NCBI GenBank assembly: GCA_029233985.1
Contig: JARGOK010000001.1
Location: 409,096-433,095 of the forward strand
Length of the DNA: 24,000 nt
From: Candidatus Altimarinota bacterium
GTDB taxonomy: Bacteria > Patescibacteriota > Gracilibacteria > JAUYGZ01
Direction of reading: 5' to 3'
Positions 17,044 through 24,000 of the stretch are shown piece by piece (position 1 is the stretch's first letter; each line of letters starts with the position of its first letter). The notes beneath the pieces are model-generated. The model made no database searches and had not been told where the DNA came from. It saw only the letters and a list, made by a program, of their open reading frames with translations. Made by a program: the position numbers and the translations under genes.

Positions 17044-19458
17044 ATGGTTTCACGATATTCACAACGACAGACGAGTTCCCGATGGAAAATCGACCGTATT
17101 TCTCTTTTGAAAGGTGTTCTTTTCCTCCTTTTCACAGTGCTTCTGGTGCGTCTCTTTCAGCTACAGGTACTCCAACATGAGGAATACAGTGCATACGCTC
17201 AACAGCGTATGCAAGAGAAAGTCATTACAGCTCGTAGAGGACGTATTCTCTTAAAGGATGGCGAACATGATTTTTTTGAGCTCGCTAATAATGTCTCGCT
17301 TGAGCTGTTGTTTGCTGACCCTTACTTACTCGAGCAAAGAGCCCTTGAGAAAGCACAAATGGCAGTAGAAGACCCGAACAGGGCTGCACGCATGTCTGCC
17401 CCCACCCCGAGTGCAATTGCGCTAGCTATTGGTCCGATTTTGTTTGATATGGTCAAAGAGCGTTCAACATCATGTGATCAAGATGAAGAATGTCTTCGTC
17501 AGGCTATCGATGATACCTTTTTTAGTCAAAAACGAGCACAGGTCTTGAGGGATTATGAAGAACAGAAGCTTTTAGATCTAGAATTTGAGATCCCTGAAGT
17601 ACCCCTAAAGACTGAAGAAGAATTATTGTTGGAATATGTTACGGACCTCGCCCAAAAGCTCTCTAAAACAGAGCGCGACTATGTCATTTTGAAAATCAAT
17701 GTGGGACCTGAAATAATAAAACAAGTCCAAGAACTCACGCTGACAGGAGTCTACACTCGTCCTGAAACGGTTTGGACAAACCCTTTGGAAGTCATTGATG
17801 CCCAAGGTGCTGCTCTTGCCCTTGCCCCCCTACTCGAAATGGATCTGGATGTATTGGAAAGATCCCTCAGTAGACGACCAAACCGCTATGTAAAAGTGAT
17901 GAACCGCATTGATTTTGAAACCGCAGAAAAAATCCGCCAATTGAATATTGCCGGACTTGGGTTTACCGATGAACACTGGAGAAACTATGCCGAACAAGCT
18001 GGGAATCCTTTTGCTCCACAACTGATTGGATTTTTGGATAATGCCTTTAACCCTGTTTATGGGATCGAGAGAAGCATGAACACTGAACTAGCTGGTCAGA
18101 CAGGAGTTATTAAAGGTGAAGTCGACCTCCAGGGACGAACGCTTACTGCACGCTCGAGCTTTATCGAGCAAGCCATTAATGGAACAGATATCGTTCTTTC
18201 GATTGATCAAGTTGTGCAAAACAAAGTGGAAGAACTTCTCAAGAACCAAGTGCTGGAATCACAGGCGAGAGCTGGCCAGGTCATTGTTCAGAATCCTCAA
18301 ACTGGTGAGATTATGGCAATGGCTTCTTACCCAGGATTTAATCCAAATCGCCCAGGTGATACTTATGAAAAAGAAGAATTTGAACTTACAGATGAAGAAA
18401 TTGAGGACTTGGAAGTGAAAACAACGAAGGATGGAGACCGCTACTTTCATTATTACAATCCGGGGTACAAAATCGAAGTTTTTAAGCAAGGTGAAGACCG
18501 CTATTTCAGATATAAAAACAATGGCGAAGGAATCAGTGTCTATAGAAACACCAATGTATCTGATTTTTATGAACCAGGATCAGTATTTAAAGCCATCATT
18601 ATGGCGACAGCAATCGATTCAAAAGAAATTCGCCCAATCGATAATTTCAATGACAGTGGACCAATGGATGTAGATTGCCATCGTGTTTTCAAAGGAACCC
18701 CTGAAGAATATGTAAAATGCGACTACACGATAAAAAACTCTACTCGAAAATACTATGGAATCATGACGATGACCCAAATTCTTGAAAAATCACTGAATAC
18801 TGGAATGGCCTATATTGCCAAAAAAATTGGTCCAAGCCTTCTTTTTGACTACTTACAAAACTTTGGATTTGGAGAAAAATCTGGAATAGAGCTCCCCGAC
18901 GAAAGTGCTGGAAAACTGACCCACTATAGGAATTGGGTTTCTGAATCAGACCTAGTTACCAAAGCATTTGGACAAGGAATTGCCACGACTCCTCTACAAG
19001 TCATCAATGCCTTCTCCGCAGTGATCAACGGTGGGATTTTGTACCAACCAACAGTGATTGCAGGAGCTCTGGACAGATTTGGAGAATACGAAGAGAAAAA
19101 ACCTCAAATTATCCGACGTGTTATTAGCGAACAATCATCGGAAATTATGAAATCTATGCTCATTAGCTCCGTAAAGCGTGGAGTGGCTGAACCAGCCGCT
19201 ATTGAAGATTATAAAATCGGTGGAAAAACAGGTACTTCTCAAATCGCTACCAAAGGACAATATGAAAAAGGAGAAGGGTCAACAATAGCGAGTTTCGCAG
19301 GATTTGCACCATACGATGATCCTCAATTCGTCATTTTGGTGAAAATTGACCGCCCTGTTACCAGTCCATGGGGTGCGACAAATGCTGCTCCACTCTTTCA
19401 GAAGGTTGCATCCTTTCTCTTGGACTACCTGCAAATCACACCAGATGACGTCCAATAA
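17044..19458 (+). CDS. ftsI: Class B penicillin-binding protein (FtsI/PBP2-type peptidoglycan transpeptidase)
   Basis: 804 aa; N-terminal TM helix, dimerization region, catalytic motifs SVFK (EPGSVFKA), SLN (EKSLNTGM) and KTG (GGKTGTSQ). Confidence 0.9.
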   Translation: MVSRYSQRQTSSRWKIDRISLLKGVLFLLFTVLLVRLFQLQVLQHEEYSAYAQQRMQEKVITARRGRILLKDGEHDFFELANNVSLELLFADPYLLEQRALEKAQMAVEDPNRAARMSAPTPSAIALAIGPILFDMVKERSTSCDQDEECLRQAIDDTFFSQKRAQVLRDYEEQKLLDLEFEIPEVPLKTEEELLLEYVTDLAQKLSKTERDYVILKINVGPEIIKQVQELTLTGVYTRPETVWTNPLEVIDAQGAALALAPLLEMDLDVLERSLSRRPNRYVKVMNRIDFETAEKIRQLNIAGLGFTDEHWRNYAEQAGNPFAPQLIGFLDNAFNPVYGIERSMNTELAGQTGVIKGEVDLQGRTLTARSSFIEQAINGTDIVLSIDQVVQNKVEELLKNQVLESQARAGQVIVQNPQTGEIMAMASYPGFNPNRPGDTYEKEEFELTDEEIEDLEVKTTKDGDRYFHYYNPGYKIEVFKQGEDRYFRYKNNGEGISVYRNTNVSDFYEPGSVFKAIIMATAIDSKEIRPIDNFNDSGPMDVDCHRVFKGTPEEYVKCDYTIKNSTRKYYGIMTMTQILEKSLNTGMAYIAKKIGPSLLFDYLQNFGFGEKSGIELPDESAGKLTHYRNWVSESDLVTKAFGQGIATTPLQVINAFSAVINGGILYQPTVIAGALDRFGEYEEKKPQIIRRVISEQSSEIMKSMLISSVKRGVAEPAAIEDYKIGGKTGTSQIATKGQYEKGEGSTIASFAGFAPYDDPQFVILVKIDRPVTSPWGATNAAPLFQKVASFLLDYLQITPDDVQ

Positions 19459-19645
19459 ATTGATCCTATTTGTATTCACAATACGATAACAGTAGGACAA
19501 GATGTTCGTTGTCTCTACTAAGAAGAAATAGAGCCAATAGCCTTCAAGTATGCACATACTAACCCACTTGATATTTTGTCAAATTTATGTTATTATTATT
19601 TGATGTCCATATTGGAATATCATACTCTTTTCCTTATCATAGCTC

Positions 19646-20566
19646 ATGCTAAGTATGCCCCTTAGTATTCTCGTTATCATCCTCATGGCTGTAGCACCAG
19701 CTCTTGGGTGGATTGCAGTGTATTATTACCTCGATAGTAGAGACCCTGAACCAAAAGTGGCTATTCTAGTCTCAGTAATTCTTGGGATGCTCTCTACAAT
19801 GCCTATATTTGCTATGCAATATATTTTTGAGACCTTTCCAGACTTTGACCTGCTCTCTATCATTCAGGGGAAAGTGGGCAGTCCTTTTACTTTTGCAGTA
19901 GGATTTCTGGTCTTCGTTGCTGTTTTAGAAGAGTTTTCTAAAGGAGTTGCTTTTCTCTGCTCAGAAAGAATTCATCAAAAAGTCTTTAACCAGGTCGTAG
20001 ATGGGATTGTCTATGCTGCCTGCGTAGGACTTGGATTTGCCATTGCTGAAAATATTTACTATTTTGTCCGAGCTATGGAAACCTTCGAATGGTCCTCTGA
20101 ATTCATTGCTATCTTCACAATACGTTCCTTTGGAACGATGCTGGCACACTCACTCTTTTCTGGTCTTTTTGGATTCTACTTTGCAAAGGCCTATTTTGCT
20201 CCTTTTTTAGAGGTAGATCCAAAAGAACGACCCTCTTTTTTGCGGCGTTTTCCAAAGAATGTAAAAAAAGCAATTAAATTGAATGCGACCTTCTTTTACC
20301 TGATGCCAAAAGATTCGAGAGTAGATATGGAGATTGAACGTAATGCAACTATTATTGAAGGATTTATTGTCGCGATGTTTCTTCATTTCGTCTACAATTT
20401 CTTGATTAAGATCGAACTCTTTGGACAGCACTGGACCTTTTTGATCGTCCCTCTGGTCTTCATCATGTGTTGGTTTGTCTGGAGCAGGTTTTTTGCACAC
20501 ATGTATATCCGAATCGTTGACTTTGTCAGGGTCAGACGAGATGTCTATCGTGTTAAAATGCACTAA
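19646..20566 (+). CDS. PrsW-family intramembrane metalloprotease
   Basis: 306 aa polytopic; motifs VLEEFSKG, GLGFAIAENIYY and RSFGTMLAHSLFSGLFGFYF. Confidence 0.88.
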   Translation: MLSMPLSILVIILMAVAPALGWIAVYYYLDSRDPEPKVAILVSVILGMLSTMPIFAMQYIFETFPDFDLLSIIQGKVGSPFTFAVGFLVFVAVLEEFSKGVAFLCSERIHQKVFNQVVDGIVYAACVGLGFAIAENIYYFVRAMETFEWSSEFIAIFTIRSFGTMLAHSLFSGLFGFYFAKAYFAPFLEVDPKERPSFLRRFPKNVKKAIKLNATFFYLMPKDSRVDMEIERNATIIEGFIVAMFLHFVYNFLIKIELFGQHWTFLIVPLVFIMCWFVWSRFFAHMYIRIVDFVRVRRDVYRVKMH

Positions 20567-20616
20567 CATAAAGCGATTAATGGCTTGATTAAGGGGCATT
20601 GCGTCTTTAAAATAGG

Positions 20617-20637
20617 CAGGCTATAGAGCCTGTTTTT
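20617..20637 (+). terminator. Rho-independent terminator or attenuator immediately before miaB
   Basis: CAGGCT-ATAG-AGCCTG-TTTTT; the T tract touches the ATG at 20638. Confidence 0.65.
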
Positions 20638-21984
20638 ATGAAGTACCATGTAGAAGTCCACGGATGCCAAATGAATGTGTCGGATGCAGAACGTATCGCG
20701 ACGGTTTGTGAGCAAAATGGATATACAAAAACCGATGACTGGAGAAAATCTGATGTGCTCATATATGTCAGTTGCTCTATCAAGCAAAAAGCTGAAGACA
20801 AGATCATCGGTCATATGAAGGAACTTGACCAGATAAAGAAAACTCGCCCCCATATGAAAGTTGGTATTACAGGATGTATGGTGAGAGAAACGAGCAGCCA
20901 AGATGATGAGAAAAAAGACAAGATCTTAAAAAGAATCCCTACCGTTGATTTTGTTTTCCGTATGGAAGACCTTGATCAGCTGGATTATTATTTTCGTGAA
21001 GAGACTCCTCTTGATATTGGGAAAGATTTTGGAGATCAGGGGTATCTCGAAGTACCACCAAATCCCATGATGCCATTCAAAGGGAACATCCCTATTATGA
21101 CCGGATGTGATAATTTTTGCACCTTTTGTATTGTCCCCTACTCAAGAGGAAGAGAACAATCTCGTCTCATGTCTGAAATTATTCGAGATGCAAAAGACAT
21201 GGCGGCGAAAGGGGTGACTGAGATTCTTTTGCTCGGACAGAATGTGAATTCTTTTGGAAATAAAAATGATGTCTACGATGAACATTTTTCAGAAGCTGAG
21301 ACACACCCATTCACTCACCTTTTGATTGAACTCAATAAAATCAAAGGACTTAAACGCATTAGATACACCAGCCCAAACCCCAAAGATATAACTGAAGAAC
21401 TGATAGAAGCCATGGCTCAACTCGACAAAGTGTGTGAACACGTCCACATCCCCTTGCAATCAGGTGATGATGAAATGCTAAAACGAATGAACCGTCACTA
21501 TAGTGCAGAACATTTCTTAAGCCTGATCACTTTGATTCGAAAACATATGCCAAGAGCAGGTATTACTACTGATATTATTGTAGGCTTTAGTGGAGAAAGT
21601 GAAGAACAATTTATGAATACGTTTAAAGTCTGCCAACAAGCAAAATTTGATTTGTCATACACTTCAAAGTATTCGGAAAGGAAGCAAACCTATGCTGGGA
21701 GATTCTTAGATGATGATATTGCAAAGGATGAAAAAGACAAACGCTACCATCGTATCAATGACCTCCTGAGAGAAACTTCATTCGAAAGCAATAAAAAATA
21801 TGTTGGAGAAACCTGGGAGATACTCGTTGACAACTTCAAAGATGGATATGCATCTGGAAAAACTCGCACAAACAGAACAGTTCGTTTTCTCACTAATGAG
21901 AAAACCACTGCTGGTGACTATGTAAATGTAAAAATAAAAAAAGCGAGAGAGTGGATCATGGAAGGAGAAATCATAAACTCATAA
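20638..21984 (+). CDS. miaB: tRNA-2-methylthio-N6-dimethylallyladenosine synthase (radical SAM methylthiotransferase)
   Basis: 448 aa; N-term GCQMNVSDAER, GCMVRE, radical SAM CxxxCxxC TGCDNFCTFCIVPYSRGRE, C-term TRAM-like region. Confidence 0.92.
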   Translation: MKYHVEVHGCQMNVSDAERIATVCEQNGYTKTDDWRKSDVLIYVSCSIKQKAEDKIIGHMKELDQIKKTRPHMKVGITGCMVRETSSQDDEKKDKILKRIPTVDFVFRMEDLDQLDYYFREETPLDIGKDFGDQGYLEVPPNPMMPFKGNIPIMTGCDNFCTFCIVPYSRGREQSRLMSEIIRDAKDMAAKGVTEILLLGQNVNSFGNKNDVYDEHFSEAETHPFTHLLIELNKIKGLKRIRYTSPNPKDITEELIEAMAQLDKVCEHVHIPLQSGDDEMLKRMNRHYSAEHFLSLITLIRKHMPRAGITTDIIVGFSGESEEQFMNTFKVCQQAKFDLSYTSKYSERKQTYAGRFLDDDIAKDEKDKRYHRINDLLRETSFESNKKYVGETWEILVDNFKDGYASGKTRTNRTVRFLTNEKTTAGDYVNVKIKKAREWIMEGEIINS

Positions 21985-21998
21985 ATTAACACAAACAT

Positions 21999-22748
21999 AT
22001 GCCACATGACTTTTCACCATTTCTCTTTGAAATATATGGTTTTGGAATTCGTTACTATTCTCTCGCTTATCTCCTAGGTGTATTTTTTACTTATATCTGG
22101 CTTTCGCGAGTTGCTGACTATGACAAAAAACTGATTGAAGATTATTCACTGAATGGTTTTTTTGTCATCATTATTGGAGGAAGACTGGGGGAGTTTCTTT
22201 TTTATCAACCTCAGTGGTTTTGGGACCCTCTTCAGATATTAAAAATATGGCAAGGGGGTATGAGTTTTCATGGAGGCTTTATTGCTGTAATTCTTTGGAC
22301 TTGGTACTACCTCAGAAAACACAAATGGGATTTTTGGAAATTCACTGATGCACTCGTGGTACCCGCTGCGTTTGGGATTGCTATGGCAAAGTTTGGAAAC
22401 TTCATGAATGGAGAACTCTGGGGACGACCCACTGATGTCTCTTGGTGCTTTGTCTTCCCATCAGCAGATGATCTTTGCCGACACCCATCCGTAATGTATC
22501 AAGTAATAGGAAATCTTCTGGTCGGAATAGCACTCCTGTGGAGTACCTTTAAGAAACTCCCCAAAGGTGTTTCAACCTCTCTCTTTTTAATCGGCTATGG
22601 CATAGCCCGCGTAACAGTAGAAGTTTTTTGGAGAGAACCAGACTGGTCCTACATGGGAGTCAGCTCAGGTACTTGGCTCAGCTTGCCAATGATTGCAACG
22701 GGACTATTGCTTTTAGTGCTTTCACTAAAAAGACGAGATAAGCAATGA
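21999..22748 (+). CDS. lgt: Phosphatidylglycerol--prolipoprotein diacylglyceryl transferase
   Basis: 249 aa; GGRLGEFLFYQ, WQGGMSFHGGF, FGNFMNGELWGRPT. Confidence 0.94.
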   Translation: MPHDFSPFLFEIYGFGIRYYSLAYLLGVFFTYIWLSRVADYDKKLIEDYSLNGFFVIIIGGRLGEFLFYQPQWFWDPLQILKIWQGGMSFHGGFIAVILWTWYYLRKHKWDFWKFTDALVVPAAFGIAMAKFGNFMNGELWGRPTDVSWCFVFPSADDLCRHPSVMYQVIGNLLVGIALLWSTFKKLPKGVSTSLFLIGYGIARVTVEVFWREPDWSYMGVSSGTWLSLPMIATGLLLLVLSLKRRDKQ

Positions 22749-22805
22749 GTGTGCGTCTTTACGGTGCTGTTATATGAGATACCAACACCAAGCATCGCTC
22801 CATTT

Positions 22806-24000
22806 TTAAAACGGTGTTGACTGACCCGAAGCAACGTTAGGGATTTGCACAGGTGAATTTGTAGGAGACTGGTATTCCATAGCCAACCCTTGATGAGTTC
22901 GATCGATATCATAAAACCGAGTATGCTCTGGCTTAAAGACGAGTTCCACTGTTCCAACTGGTCCATTACGATGTTTTCTGATAAGAATATCTGCCAAACC
23001 CTTTCGGTCTGAATCAGGGTCATAATAATCATCACGATAGAGCATCAGCACGGCATCGGCATCCTGCTCAATCGCTCCAGATTCACGAAGATCAGAGAGA
23101 ACTGGTCTTTTGTCAGGTCGGGATTCTACTGCACGGGAGAGTTGCGAGAGCGCAATAACAGGAACATGTAGCTCACGTGCAATCTGCTTGAGGTTCCGAG
23201 AGATTTCAGATATTTCCTGAACTCTATTTTGAGTATTTCCTCCGAGCGACATAAGCTGAAGATAATCGATAATAATCATATCGAGTCCTCGTTCCATCTT
23301 GAGACGACGAACTTTTGAACGAAGCTCGGTGATGGAATTCCCCAAACTGTCATCAATAAAAATATTGGCCTTACTCATCTGGTCCATCACTGTTCCGATC
23401 CGTGCAAAATCAGCATCATCGAGTTTTCCCTTTTTGAGCTTCCAAGAATCGACCATCAAAAGTGATGAAAACATTCTATCCACCAACTGTTCTTTTGACA
23501 TCTCCAGGGAAAAGATAGCGATTGTTTTTCCAAATTTGAGCGACGCATTTTGAGCCATAGAGAGACAAAAAGCTGTCTTTCCCATAGCTGGTCTTCCGGC
23601 TATCACAATCATTTCAGAAGGCTTAAAACCATTCATAATTTTGTCGAGATCGCGAAACCCAGTCATAACTCCCTCGAAAATATGTTCATCACCCTTTTCG
23701 TGAACCTCGGCAAACTCTTCATATCGACTACTCAAAATATCTTTAATATGCACCAAGCTCTGCTTGATCATCTGTTGAGTTACAGCAAAGAGTGCTTGCT
23801 CTGACTTGTCCAAGAGACCATCGAGTTCTTCATCTTCTTCATATCCGTACCCCTTAATCTCATCTCCAGCGGAAATCAGCCTACGAAGTGTTGATTTTGT
23901 TTTTACAATTGTCCCATACTGATAAATATGAGATGCAGTCGGAACTTCCTCTGCCAATGACGCCAAGAAAGTCATTCCTCCTAGTTTTTCGAGAACCTTT
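22806..24000 (-). CDS. dnaB: Replicative DNA helicase DnaB (N-terminus beyond the window)
   Basis: Walker A IAGRPAMGKTAF, FSLEMSKEQLVDR, IIIDYLQLM, ELHVPVIALSQLSRAVE. The frame stays open to 24000 (..KVLEKLGGMTFLASLAEE), so the listed start at 23975 is internal. Confidence 0.96.
   Translation of the reverse strand, partial: KVLEKLGGMTFLASLAEEVPTASHIYQYGTIVKTKSTLRRLISAGDEIKGYGYEEDEELDGLLDKSEQALFAVTQQMIKQSLVHIKDILSSRYEEFAEVHEKGDEHIFEGVMTGFRDLDKIMNGFKPSEMIVIAGRPAMGKTAFCLSMAQNASLKFGKTIAIFSLEMSKEQLVDRMFSSLLMVDSWKLKKGKLDDADFARIGTVMDQMSKANIFIDDSLGNSITELRSKVRRLKMERGLDMIIIDYLQLMSLGGNTQNRVQEISEISRNLKQIARELHVPVIALSQLSRAVESRPDKRPVLSDLRESGAIEQDADAVLMLYRDDYYDPDSDRKGLADILIRKHRNGPVGTVELVFKPEHTRFYDIDRTHQGLAMEYQSPTNSPVQIPNVASGQSTPF

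Noticed and set aside
20207-20599. 130-aa minus-strand ORF
   Set aside because: Antisense to prsW; no family resemblance.
22649-23035. 128-aa minus-strand ORF
   Set aside because: Alternative frame overlapping lgt and the dnaB 3' end; dnaB motifs define the real frame.
1-24000. CRISPR arrays, toxin-antitoxin, restriction or phage-defense operons
   Set aside because: No regularly spaced direct repeats, Cas proteins, RM or TA motifs were found; gene content is housekeeping.

Overview
Bacterial chromosomal window, probably from a CPR/Patescibacteria-type genome (possibly Gracilibacteria/Peregrinibacteria-like; this is inference). TGA works as a normal stop, e.g. at recQ. Most of the window is housekeeping genes. 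On the minus strand there is a pyrimidine block pyrE-pyrC-pyrD-pyrK-pyrF, then recQ, def, a DnaQ-exonuclease/DinG-like protein and dnaB (cut by the window end). On the plus strand there are an MFS transporter, tRNA-Arg(CCU), ybeY, ftsA, ftsZ, a FtsI-type PBP, a PrsW-family protease, miaB and lgt. Three non-coding signals stand out. (1) An approx. 510-nt plus-strand transcription unit at 8932-9440 has a sigma70-like promoter, a 26-position long-range helix, several strong local hairpins and an intrinsic terminator. It looks like a large structured ncRNA that I cannot assign to a family. (2) A dispersed approx. 62-nt paired-hairpin repeat (3 copies) sits in divergent intergenic regions upstream of recQ, def and the DinG-like gene. 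Its departures from perfect pairing are mostly G.U wobbles on the minus strand but A.C on the plus strand, which suggests selection as a minus-strand RNA. (3) A second composite repeat built from 25-nt hairpins occurs inside the pyr cluster and upstream of the DinG-like gene. Also notable: the DinG-like protein has an intact DEDDh exonuclease domain but has apparently lost its helicase motifs, and recognizable Shine-Dalgarno sequences are almost absent.
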